A stretch of 54,562 nt of DNA, counting the filler, from Jimgerdemannia flammicorona (Eukaryota): assembly GCA_003990765.1 (NCBI GenBank). It is 2 parts of 2 records of this genome, joined end to end, with 100 filler letters (N's around TTAATTAATTAA, not from the genome) between each part and the next. Parts side by side here need not be neighbours in the genome. Positions count along the whole stretch, not along the records: positions 1 to 27,232 come from RBNJ01000650.1; positions 27,333 to 54,562 come from RBNJ01000651.1. One strand, given 5' to 3'. Position numbers and translations under genes: made by a program. The notes beneath the pieces are model-generated. The model was not told the origin of the DNA. It saw nothing but the letters and a program-made list of their open reading frames with translations, and searched no databases. Of this stretch, positions 24,623 to 36,400 are shown in pieces; within the stretch, counting starts at the first letter, position 1; the number at the start of each line of letters is the position of its first letter.

Positions 24623-25350
24623 TAGGATATATCATCTTTTTATTACCATTTAATCTATATAGATAAAATACAATATCCAACCCCTCCCACTATCCAATCT
24701 CTCTAGAGAGAACTCTACTAATCTCTACTTATTTGAATACCACTTGATCTACAATTACCTCTATCTAACTCCTACTTTGCCAGCAGACCCCTTCAATAAA
24801 CCAGTGATAGTAGCCACTCTGAGGCCCCCAGTCCACTCACCAGCCAGTCAAGAGATTCTCCATCAACCTATCTCACCTCAACAATATCTCAGCAAGACTC
24901 AACTACCACTCTTCCTCAAATACAAAGAGCCAATACCCTGCCAGCCCCACTCAAATTGCCAAGGTCTAGCTATACATAAGCCACTCATTCCCCCTATAAG
25001 CCACTCCTTCAAGTCCTCCCAATGGCCCCTCACCTCATCTCCCCTCCTCTGAACTCTCAGACACTCTTTTATAGCAATCTAGAAATTTCCAAGTACCCTG
25101 TACTCCTCCAGCCAATGTTCAGATATTTGTACAAAATTCCCTTCCTACTCTATATTAAGATAATCCTTATACTCAAACTCTCTACTCTCAATCAAATGTC
25201 CAGAGCAGAAGTTCAGTATGATATTCTTCCTTAGCATATACCACTATACCATCCAGAACTTGGGGGGAAACTACTGCTTGACCTCAGTACTCCAGAACCA
25301 AACTCCAGCCCAGTCTCACTCCTCACCTATACCTAGTGCATTGCAACCCA
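24555..25350 (-). mobile_element. 3' end of a LINE (L1/Tx1-like) with poly(A) tail
   Basis: Long T-run 24555-24619; minus strand decayed zf-RVT motif (C)KD(C)...EHWLEE(C)RVLGNF(W) at about 25080-25170. Confidence 0.65.
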
Positions 25351-25359
25351 AGCTGACCC

Positions 25360-25720
25360 ATGTCCATATTTAACCTGACCTGGAATTATATGTCACCTGT
25401 CTTTAACCCGACCAGGAATTATATGTCACCTGTTTTTAACCTGACCCAGAATAATATATCACCCATCTTTAACCTGACCCAGAATAATACATTGTCTATC
25501 TTTAACCCAATCTGGAATTATATATCACTCATCTTTAACCTGACCTGGAAATATACATCACCTATCTTTAACCCAACTCAGAATTATATGTAATCCATCT
25601 TTAATCCAACCCAAGAAATATACATGATCCAACCCAAGAAATATATGTGACCCAATCTGAGAAATATATGTGACCTGATCCTGACCTGTATTTAACCTAA
25701 CACAGACCCATCTTTAATCT
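25360..25720. repeat. 33-bp tandem repeat (about 8 units plus shorter decayed units)
   Basis: Unit tttaacc(t/c)gacc(t/c)ggaattatatgtcacc(t/c)gtc. Confidence 0.85.
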
Positions 25721-26112
25721 GCCTTTAAGCTACAAGGTACCAAAAAAAATATATTGCACATTTAAGATATATATTTAGAATAAACAAATAGAAACACAAT
25801 TAGGAATCAGAAATCAAAATGAAATTGGAAATAAATAGGAAGTAAATTAGGAAAATAAAGAACTTATTGGTATGAATAGATCTTACTCTTCATTGCTATA
25901 AACCAACTAATCCTCCTTCTTCTCATATTCTGAACCATCTTCCTCTATATATTCTAAACTGCATCTTTCTCCGGTAATATTCAGGTTACACAAGACTCAG
26001 ACAACACTTTCTACAACGTTTTTGGTGTCCAGCGACTAACAACATGGATGGCAACGACTGATCTGGTGAGCGTACTGGCCAGGGGGGTGGTGGCGCCTTT
26101 GGCTGGCAGCAG

Positions 26113-27232
26113 GTGGGGAGGAGGGGAGATGGTTTGGGGATGCCAGGGGCCTCGATGGCTAGCCGGGGCCCCAGTAGCGGAGGAAGGGGAGGTCTGAGGC
26201 AGAGAGGAGGGGAGAGGATGACCTTTGCTGACAAGGTCAGGATGGGGGTGATGGCTTCTGGGCTGGATAGTTGGCTGGGCCTGGGGAAGGCTTCGATGGC
26301 TACTACCGGGGATCAAGGAGGTGCACCCCAGGGTGCTTCTGGTGGTAGGGAAGGGGCCGGAGTAGGGGCTGGAGATGTGACGGCTGATGGGGCTGTGACT
26401 GGGGATCTGGCAAAAAATCCAGATGTGACGGCAGTTGGCAATTTGGGACTTGGAGAGGGCATGAGGCCCGGGGACCTGGCGGATGGGGTGACGGGCATGG
26501 TGTCGGCCCCGTTACTCAAGAAGTTGAGGTCAGAATTTGCGGTCACGATGTGCTTCCGGGGCTTGGCAGTGACGGCGAGGATGATTTTGGGGCTGGTGGC
26601 GCAGGAGGCTAAGGGAGCAGCGTCGGTGAAGTTTTTGAGGGGAAAGGAAGGGGTTGAAGTGGGGTTCGAGGAGGAGGATGCCTTGTTGGCAGCCATGGAG
26701 AAGGGGGTGATGGTTGGCGGGGTGGTGGTCCCTATGGCTCGGTGTATGTGCTGGGACCCCCGGGTGGTGCAGTTGACGGTGTGGGACCTCCCTACGGTGT
26801 CGAAGGAAAGGACCAGGGAGTTGGTTGTAGAGGCAATAAAGGAGTATGGCGAAATTGTGGACGTGGGGTTCAAGGTCTGGGAGGGCACGGAGCTTAGAAC
26901 TGGAGACGTCGATGTCAGGGTGAGACTGGCTGGAAAGGAGAATACGGGGAAGTCGAGGGACTGGCCAGCAGCGCTGAGGTGGGGACAAGTGGAGTGTAAG
27001 GTCGCTAGGGTGAAGGGGACTCAGGAGGAGGAGGAGGACTTGCTGGAAGCTCTGGAGGACCTGGAAGGGGCTGTTGCAAGGAGGAGATTAGCCTGGAAGG
27101 AGTTCGAGGCCAGGACGGTGGTGGGAGAGGTGGATGGGAAGAGGGTTCGGATGGAGAAAGGGGCCTGGGAGAAGATGCAGGGGAGGAGGATTCAGAAGGA
27201 GTTGTTGGCAAAGTTGGATGGGGGTAGGGCTG
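26113..27232 (+). CDS. Probable LINE ORF1 (gag-like) of a young non-LTR element, truncated by the assembly gap
   Basis: Uninterrupted GC/CpG-rich frame; TFADKV motif and RRM-like segment IKEYGEIVDV...LRTGDVDVRVRL typical of L1/Tx1 ORF1. Confidence 0.6.
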
Positions 27233-27332
27233 NNNNNNNNNNNNNNNNNNNNNNNNNNNNNNNNNNNNNNNNNNNNTTAATTAATTAANNNNNNNNNNNN
27301 NNNNNNNNNNNNNNNNNNNNNNNNNNNNNNNN
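27233..27332. other. 100-bp scaffold gap with artificial TTAATTAATTAA linker
   Basis: N44-TTAATTAATTAA-N44; the linker has stops in all six frames. Confidence 0.97.
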
Positions 27333-29562
27333 TCCCACTTGTTGCAGGTGTGGAGGTCAAATTGTCCTTGTACGTCAGGTTCAATTCTCTCCAGATTGTC
27401 AGATGGTTCAGGATAAATTCCAGTTCAGAGGTTGGGCTTTATACCAACTTGTAGGAATTCTCAGAGGGGTTTGTAGCGGGGTGAGAAAGCGTCTTGAAGC
27501 GGAATTGGATTGTAAACCGCTGCTACCAAGTTGTAAGAGAGTTACTTTTTAGGGTGACCGTTACGTAGTTCTAGAAGGGTTTTCTGGAAGTTCTGGATAT
27601 TCTGGAAGACCGTTTTCTTATGGTCAAGATCAATTTCATATGGAGTACGTCCTCTATGCTTATTGATTTCAAGATCGGGTTGACGTCTCAACCAAAGTCC
27701 TTTTCTGGACTAGTTCTGGATGTTCAGGATTTTCTGTATTTCAGGAAGTTCAAGAAACTAAGACCAGCTTAGTTGAATTGGCATATCGCTGCAGACAATA
27801 CCCAATTAGGAAATTTTGTGACAGGGTTAGGAGTAGGACCTAACAGAGAGCGGATTTACTTAAGAGTGGTTTGTGGGTTATGGAATAGGTTTATTTGCTA
27901 TTCATGGTATTGCTATACTAGGAGTATTTGTGTGAAGGGGTATTGTGGGGAAGTATTCAGGAAAGTTCTTGTCTGTTCGAGTCTGAGATTCTGAGGTCTG
28001 GGGGAGGGGGTATTTGTACTAGTGAGGGGCTATCTGGACTATGCTAAATATGGATGTAGCACTAAGTGCCTTGCTGAGTTGGAATGCAGTCACGTAGTAC
28101 AAGTGTGATCTGACATATCAAGAGATCGTCTGACTGCTGAGTCAGTTCACAGTCACATCGTACAAGGCTAATCTATCTATACTATGACTGCTAGACTATT
28201 TATAGGTTTAGGCACTATCTGGGTAGTCTTCGATGACATCACCATCGATTGCATCATCTCTGATGAAGTAGTCGTCTAGGAATAGTGGTTCGCGGATTAC
28301 TTCTCCTTATTGGCTGAGGTAGTAATACATTGGAACTTCGTCACTATCCCACAGGATAGCATCATCTGTCTCGTATGCTGGATAAGGTATTGGTGGGCGA
28401 AGGATGGGTGTATTGTCTTCGCTTTCATCGGATTCGCTATCTGCGTACCTTCTATAGGTTACAGCACTATGAGTCGCGGGGTTGTAGTAAGCTGGCGGCT
28501 GTGATTCAAGTTGCTCGTACTCAGGTGATAGAGTGGTTGGTTCAATCTCGAGAGTTGTCTGGAGGTACAGGTTGTGTTCTCCGGTCTCTTCATTGTAGTT
28601 GAAGTAATCGGAGGTGAACGCAGGTTGGTATTCGTACCAGTGGTCATTGTCCCAATAAGTCTCGTATGTAGTTATGAACTGTTGTAAGTTCATCGGCAAG
28701 GTTGGCGGAGTGATCAGGGTTGGCAGAGATCCTTGGCTAGAGGTCATGTCGGCATCAGAGGGGTCATTGTCTTCTGCTTCGTCTTCATCGAAGTGGATTA
28801 TATCGTAGATGTCTTTCATGGCATATCCGACTTGAGACATTTGCAGGATATGGTCATCGGGGTGCGAGAAGGTTCTGTCTGTGGTTTCGACATACTCGAG
28901 GTACTTGTGGTTGATTTCTTGTATCATATCATCGATTTGGCCATAGGACAGGGTAGCAACCATTTCGCTGGTAGTGACTCGGAGGCAGGGAATAAAGGTA
29001 TTGTACTCATAGAAGAGTTCTCGATGTTTGTGGGCAATGAGCTTCTGGTGTTGAGACATCTAGGTAATGTCTGTATTATGGTGGTGTTCGACCATATCTT
29101 TCAGGAGGCGGCCAATCTGGTAGTAGCTTGAGATTTGTCCGATTCGGTGGGCCTTGTTAAGCATGTTCAGGGCATTCCATTGGGCTTCCACGAAGTAGAG
29201 GGGTGTCAGGCTATGGATATTCATAAGGGGCAGAGGGGGTGTGGCTCGGTTGACAATGGCATTCCAAATGTCAGCGCGGATGCGGTTGTAGATCTCAGTG
29301 GTCATGTTTGTATGTTTGGGAGTTGTGGTTGTTTTTTGTTTTGGTTCTCTGACTTGACACGTCTTGGTGCTCAGTATATATGCATTTGGTCCTGATTGGT
29401 AAGGTTCCGTTTGTATAGATCTTGTATTCCGTGACTTCGTATTGACTCAGCTTTGTGCACTGTGATTTCGGTTTGACTCAGCTTCGTGATCAGGCAGGTA
29501 ATTTCCAGATTTGTTCAGAGGGTGACGTGTGATTTCAGTGGCTTGGAGGTTGTGCGCTTACA
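27333..29562 (-). mobile_element. 5' LTR (27532-29562), PBS and leader of another element A copy, cut by the gap
   Basis: Similar to 9565-11885; least CpG-decayed copy. Confidence 0.93.
28208..29305 (-). pseudogene. LTR-encoded accessory ORF of family A, best preserved copy (365 codons, two C>T stops)
   Basis: ORFs 29060-29305 and 28307-29059 are in frame across a TAG (CAG in other copies); the TAA at 28307 is CAA in copies 1 and 2, extending the frame to TAA at 28208-28210. Confidence 0.85.
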
Positions 29563-29914
29563 TTTAGTCTCTATATTATTAAAATAAAAGTATACAATAC
29601 TACTCTTATATAGCTAAGACAGTGAGACTACTGATTTTCTTTATAGCCTAAGAATGATAGAGGAGTAGTACTTGAGAGAAGGATGGGGGAGAGTTTTTGC
29701 CTATATAGTCTAGGTTTTCTTCTAATAAAAATCTATAGAAACTTAATTTTATTTTAAAAAATCTGAGAGAAGAGTGATAAGCCATAAAACAATAAGCTAA
29801 AAATCAAAAAAGCTAGAGATTAGAGAGCTAAGAGTTAGTAAGCTGGGAGACAGTTTATTGGAAAGTAAGTAAGCTGGGAGGTAGCAAGCTAGGGGGTTGG
29901 TGGCTGATAAATGA

Positions 29915-29950
29915 TTGTGATGTCACAACAACGCGTCGCGTATCGCGTGG
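29915..29950 (+). promoter_or_regulatory. MCB-like cluster upstream of MND1
   Basis: ACGCGTCGCGTATCGCGT at 29931-29948, about 50-70 bp before the ATG. Confidence 0.5.
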
Positions 29951-29998
29951 CATTGAGTATTTACCTAATCGAGCACAGGTTCTCTTCACTCAATCACA

Positions 29999-31501
29999 AT
30001 GGTAAGGACCTTCGCACTTTCTTCGCTGACCCGCAAATACATGCCCCTGCCTCAACTCTTTCACCATGCTCCTCCTCCACAGTCAAAGAAAGGCCTGTCC
30101 ACAGCTGAGAAACGCAAACGTCTTGAAGGACTTTTCCACGAGACCGTATGTACCACGTCTTCATCGCAAACCCAGTATCTTCCAACAGTCTAACTATAGT
30201 CTACCTTCACCTTGTGGAATGTGCAGAAAGAGTTTTTCCAACTCAAGGAACTGGAGAAAATTGCGCCCAAGAAGAAAGGGATCGGTAAGTCCAACTTTTT
30301 TCGGCTCGTTTTACTCTAGCTTACCAGATGCGTGCTTCCCAAAATTGACTCCAACCCGATAGTCACACAATCTGTCAAGGAGGTCCTCCAAAGTCTTGTT
30401 GACGACAACCTTGTCACGACAGACAAGATCGGCACCTCCAACTACTTCTGGTCGTTCCCGTCCACTGCTCTGCAAACCGTGAGTATTCGGGCTTCTGATG
30501 CAGTGATCCGTTGGTCTCGGCTGTTTTCTCACTCTTTGTCTTATCTACCCGTTTCCTGTGAATTTTGACCTAAATTGCTCGCTCGAATACAATGCCATTA
30601 TTAGCGTAAATGCAAGATTGATGCCCTCACAGACGAGATCACAAAGCTCAAGTCCAGGAACGCGGAGCTAGAACAGGCGATACAGGATGCTTCTGGCGGA
30701 CGTGAAGAAACAGTATGCGTTGCCTTTATGGGTTTTTGGGACGTGAGGGAATTCCATACTGGGAAGGAGTACAGCTGTATTTAACCACGTCCCTCTTTTT
30801 CTTCATATAACTTGTCATTGATACTCGACAATTCGTAGAATGACCGCGCAGCCCTCCTCAAAGAGCTTGCAGAGGCTGAGTCGCGCAAGAAGGGGAATCT
30901 GGAAGAACTGCAGAGGTACCGTGAGTGCGATCCGACCCTGTTGGAGGCTAAAGGTATGCTATACCAATTAACTACGCCGGGCAGATGACCAATTCAACAA
31001 TAGACGGGAGCACCTAAGATCGGAGATATTGTGATGTATGAGGGCTCAAAGTGTGCGGCCGCTCTCGATTTTCTTAACGTCCCACCAGTGTGGGAGAAAG
31101 AGTGTTGAAATCAGCGTCCATGTTGCCTTCAAAAAATATCCGGTGTATTGTATGCCTTACCATGTCAGATGTATATTTGATGCATCTCTCTCTCTCTCTC
31201 TCTCTGCTTGTATTTCCCCTTGAATGGAGCAGAGAAGGCTGCTAAAGTTGCCAAGGAGGCGGCTAATCGGTGGACAGGTATGACATTCGTCTACATTCAT
31301 TTATGGTGTTATTTATGCCAATCACCGTTTTCCAACTGACGTGATGCCATGACTATTGTATCTTTTGTCTACGCTCACGATTGCTTGGAATCAGAGAACA
31401 TCTTTGTCATTCAGTCCTACTGCGTCAAAAACTTTGGCATGCAGCGCGCAGACTTCAACGAGAACTTTGCCATCCCGGATGACTTTGATACGATCCCGTG
31501 A
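29999..31501 (+). CDS. MND1: Meiotic nuclear division protein 1, 8 exons (first exon is the ATG only)
   Basis: Spliced translation MSKKGLSTAEKRKRL...FFQLKELEKIAPKKKGI...SVKEVLQSLVDDNLV..DKIGTSNYFWSFPS...ANRWTENIF; all introns GT-AG. Confidence 0.96.
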
Positions 31502-31683
31502 TGTTGTTTAATAGGGACAAACAGAAGATGGAGGATTCTTCGCGGCGAATATTGAGGCTGTACATATGCTAGTTCTGAAGATTTGGATCAACGCATCAGA
31601 ATGACTTTTGCGCAATGCTTTTATTGAGTAAGTATTAATAAACTAAAAACGGAAAGACGTTGACGTCACAAGAAACAGTCCAA

Positions 31684-32290
31684 ATGCCTCTTCTGCTTGA
31701 ATCGATGAGACCAACGGCAATTATGCGCTTCGCGACGCGGCCAAGAACCCGGTTTGCCGCTGACGACGGACCATCACTCGACTTTGTACGACATGTCTCT
31801 ATTCGTTCGTCTGTTTAAGAAGCACCCTGCTCATTTCCATCATGTATCTCCAGTTCATAACCCGCAGCAAGGTGATATCGCTATACCGCGATATCCTACG
31901 AGCGCTGAAAAGTAGTCTCTCAGCTATCCTACCGATTTGATAAAGCAAACTGACGGCGACGAATTGCGCGCTTTTTGAACACATGATCCATCGTTGTATT
32001 TGACTTGACAGACGTGGACAAACGAGACGCTCAAGAAATGAAGGCTTGGGCGCGATCCGATATCGAGCGATATAGGCGCGAGACAGATCCAGTAAGAGAT
32101 TCTTCTAACATGCACTCTGAATGTTTTGCACGTCTCTTTAACATCGTTTTCGTTGTTGCCAAAAAAAAAAAAAAAAAAAAAAAAATAGAAGAAGATTCGA
32201 CTGCTATTGTCCCAAGGAACTGCCGAGTTCCATAATGTCAGGTCTTCCATGATGCTCGCGCAAATAACGAAGGAAACCAGACCGAACTAG
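31684..32290 (+). CDS. LYRM2: LYR-motif mitochondrial protein (LYRM2-like), 4 exons
   Basis: Spliced ...SLDF|FITRSKVISLYRDILRALK|NVDKRDAQEMKAWARSDIERYRRETDP|KKIRLLLSQG; start codon uncertain (31684, 31705 or 31723). Confidence 0.82.
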
Positions 32291-32468
32291 ACATAATTCA
32301 TGAACCCTGAACTTTGGTGATTTTGAATAAATAATTTTTTTTTTTTTTATAGAGACCAGTTGTTATATGTTGTAACGATCGGGGCGAGGAAGGGACGAAT
32401 GGCGAACCATTCGTCCGAGAGATTTCGATCAAACCTCTCTTGTCCATCTCGTTATTAAGCCCGACATA

Positions 32469-32609
32469 ATGAAGGTATTCAAGTATATCATGGCGACTGG
32501 CAACGAAGTAATCGGGAAGTACGAGACCAACCCAGACCAGTAGGTCATTGCCCAGTGCCTTAAGAACCTCGAGCAGAAGCAGAAGATCAAAGCCATTAAA
32601 CACGTCAAA
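32469..32609 (+). pseudogene. RPC34: Isolated pseudo-exon of RNA polymerase III subunit RPC34/POLR3F
   Basis: VFKYIMATGNEVIGKYETNPDQ*VIAQCLKNLEQKQKIKAIKHVK resembles the RPC34 second winged helix (VY..I...G..GIW......TNL....V..CLK.LE....IK.VK.VK); in-frame stop and short deletion; ends at a GT. Confidence 0.65.
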
Positions 32610-33400
32610 GTAATCCAGCGGCTGTTATTCCTTATGGTTGTACCTATTGTTTCGGTTGAGCACTTTCGGGAGCTGACGTTCATACATCTCAACCCATAGA
32701 GTTGCGTGTACGTGTACGTGTACTGTTGAAATATGAAATTTCGAGGAAAGTTGTGTTGTGGTGACGGAAGTTGTAAAGGGGGGTGCGATGTTGGGGAAAT
32801 TATAGTAATGCGGTTCCTTAGATGCCGAAGACAACGAGCCCTGCTGGGCATATGATGAAGTTCAGATGGCACTCAGAGGGAGGACTAAACCACTGTTCTT
32901 GTACACTTTCTCAAACTCCCTTGCTAGCAAGACGGGGTATTTTCTGTAATTTCTGATATGGCCTTTTGCTAATCCTTTCGCATGTTGGGGGACAGCATCG
33001 CTATCGTTGAGGCCACCCTATCATATCGAGCGACTGGAATATGATTGCCAGACTGCATCTAAAGTTGGATGTGTGGGAGTTTGGTGATAACAATATTCCT
33101 TAGTTTGAGGTGTTGCGGAATAATCGATACTTCCGGTGCGAACTGAAGATAGGGATGACATGCAATCGGATTACGACCGTTAATGTTCGAGGACGGGAGG
33201 TGGTGACCAATCAAAGACTTCGACCATATTGTCAAGTGGGATCTTAGATTCTAGCTGGCTATTTGTTGAAAACACGAGGCCATGATATAATTACAAAGTA
33301 ATTCAAATCAAAACCAATCTGAGCGACCTCCCGTTTCATTAGTTTCTCACCAAGTTGAATTTGTTGCTTGTGTTTTCTGCAGTGACTTTCCATACGAGCG

Positions 33401-36400
33401 CTAAAATTCCGATTCATCGCCACCACCATACCGGTTACCACCTTTCCACTTTCCCCTCCCTCGTTCGCTCCCGCTTGGCTTCCTGCTTCCACGACTTCCT
33501 CTGCCTCGGTTTTTGCTGCTGTTGCTAGCCTGATTTGTACAGACATTAGCGTAGTGCCCTGGCTGTCTCGGTGAAACAAGGACGATCTAGAAATTAGTGG
33601 CCATGCAGAATTGTACGATGCAACAACACGCGAAGCAAAATACCGATTCAAACGTTCGAACATTGTTATTACCGACCTGGCCACATTTGTAGCATTCCCC
33701 CTTCGAACTTCCAATCCCACTTCCCCAACCACCTCCACTACCGCTCCTACTTCCACCAGCAGCGCCACTACCACCAACTGCAACCGCTTCGTCCCCATCC
33801 ACCAATTGAAAGAATTTACATCTCGATATTTGCGACTCCTTCGGACAGCAGTAAAACTGCATGCCACGGTTTGGACTATCTGCCTTTGAAATCGTTCGGA
33901 CAGCGCAATTGAGACCACATTGGCATTTAACTTTGGCGCCGGCGTTTTGGTTGGTTGCTGGTTTCATGTGATTAAGGTACGGGGCCATAGAGACCTTATG
34001 TACGAATAGAAGGTGGTGTCAAAGGAGCCAAAAAAAAAAACAGTGATCACAAAGTAATTGTTGTCAGTAACAAGGCAACTTGCCGTGGCGAAGAGTATCT
34101 TTGATACTATAGAATGTAAAACGAAAAAAAAAAACGATAAAATCCGTCAGGTCACTTACGGCATCAACTCTCGCCAGCTCGTCGCCGTCATCGCCTGCAT
34201 TGCCACCAAATTGATTAATCCCGAGCCTTCCTGTACCCCTGAAATTCCCACCTCCAAATCCGCCGGTGCCGCTGCCACCGGCGTCGCCGCTCCTACCCCA
34301 GCCCAAACTTCCTCCACCGCTTCCGCTACTTCCATTCTCATCATCCCACTGTAAAAAATCGCAACCGCCATCTTTATACTCCGCACACCCGTAGAACTTT
34401 CGTCCTTTGTTCTGACTCTCTTTTGCAACTGTCCGCTGTACCGACGGGCGACCACAGTAGCACATAGGCCAATCCGCACTACCCCCGAATGATCCCCCTC
34501 CTCCTCTTCCTCCTCCTTCTCTTCCTCCTGCTCCTCCGCCCGCCTGATCCGACCATGCAAAGAAGTCACATCTTGAATTGTCAGTCTGAAGCTTCGCGCA
34601 TGCGAAAAACTGCCTGCCTTGATTGGCACCTTCCTTTTTGACGGTTCGCTGCATTGCGGGCACACCACAGTTACAAGCAGGAGCTTCATCGCCTCCGCTG
34701 CCACCGCGGATGTCATTTTGGAACGACGAGGAACCTCTGCACACTGATGCGGGCAACGGTGAAGGATGGGTTTGATGACTGTTGTTGACGGTGAGGACGC
34801 GACCTGCATTGCTAGTATTTCGTTGGGATGTTGCCGAGAATGCTCGAGCTATTGCCGATGTTGGCGGTCCTCTCTAAAATATAATGTGCATACCGCAGGG
34901 GCAAAAACAAAGGAAATGTTTTCAGCAAGAGTGCGGCAATAACCGTCATGTCGCTTGAAGCGATCCACTTACATGTTGAGTAGCCTCATGACCTCCGGCA
35001 TCTTTCCTGACAACCGTGAAAAATTCGTTCATTGTTTCATCGCACCCGCCAACACAGCCATCATACTGGAGTGGCACGCTGGGGGGTACCTTGCCGGGCA
35101 CAAACCGCACATCCAGCCTGCGGACGGGATCGCTTCCGGGAGGCGTGCATCTTGTGCAAGTACGCTCCGAGACTACAACGTCTGCAACCACGCCGTCAGG
35201 TACGCGAATGGCCTCTTTGCAATCGGGATAATTTTGGCAACCTACGTAGGAGAGAAAGCGAAAGCAACCATGAGAATAGCAATTAAAGTGCCAGAACAGC
35301 GGAGTCGAAATGTATGAATGTAAGCATGACCATGGTTCAACGAAGTCGCTCATGAAGCCAGTAATCAAACGATTATAGAAAAAAGATCTGCTAGGAAACT
35401 CTGATAGGAATAAACGATACATAATTGAAATATATTCGATCCTTACAAATCCTCCATCCACCATTCGTTTTTGGCTTGAGTATTAACTGATGAGATTCGC
35501 ATTTGCACTTCTTGATAATTTTCCACTCGGCCGGATCGCCCTTGAAGGGACAAATAAATGAAAATGAAAAAAAAAATCTATCAATTCCCCCAAACATATT
35601 GCTTACCTCAGCCAACGATATCCATACGAACCCCTATGGAGCCGAAACCCAGAATAACCTACTCCGCCCAATCTTTCAAAATCAATTTCGTTTTCTGCCT
35701 CCGCTGGGTGATCAAAATACTTCTCCAACGACCGTTGCAATGTGGCGACCTCCTGTGTAGCTCGAACATAAACTTGCCGGTACATTTCAACGCTTTCACG
35801 GACTACGTCTTCTTTGGTGAGTGTTCCGTCGCAAATTTGTCTCATGTTGGCCTCCATCTGACGATTAGTGAAGAGGAAAAACCTTGTATTGAAAAAAGGA
35901 AGTCGGTTGCCAGAAAGACTCAAAGTAGCCGGTCATTCATTTTATTTCGGTTCTATGACATACCTCTCTTCGTAGAAATGGCTTGCTCAAAGATTTCTCG
36001 AAGCCAATCTCATCATAACCGAGAACCAGAGCAATGCCCAAGGTGGAGGGATGGAAATAGTTTCCTTGCTTGAAAACGTACTCGCGTTCTTGTATCTTCT
36101 TGATGTGGTCGGCAATCGTTGCATCCGTGCCTGCAACGTAGAGGGTAAGAGAAGAGTATCGTGGTAAGAGAGATAATGTCAGGTAAACGTTAAATTGCAT
36201 TACATGAACTCCATCAACCATGAAATTTGCGAGACAATGGCATCGACCACATCAAACATTTTCCGCCCAGTTTTCCGCTTTTACCACTCACCAATCTCAT
36301 TCTTCTCCATCATACTAATCAGATCTGACTCTGTCAGTAGATTTGGTGGTTCAGTGTGACCATCGTTCATCTCCAGCGTTGTGGGCATAAATTGTTGTCC

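Noticed and set aside
25360..25620. Regular repeat resembling a CRISPR array, and its 77-aa ORF
   Set aside because: Units are contiguous with no unique spacers, no cas genes, eukaryotic context; the ORF is a by-product of the 33-bp period
27277..27288. Palindromic TTAATTAATTAA inside the N-run
   Set aside because: Scaffolding linker centred in a 100-bp gap; not biological, and adjacency across the gap is unproven
33259..33918. 219-aa minus-strand ORF and other ORFs overlapping TOP3/THG1
   Set aside because: Off-frame or antisense to recognisable TOP3 and THG1 exons
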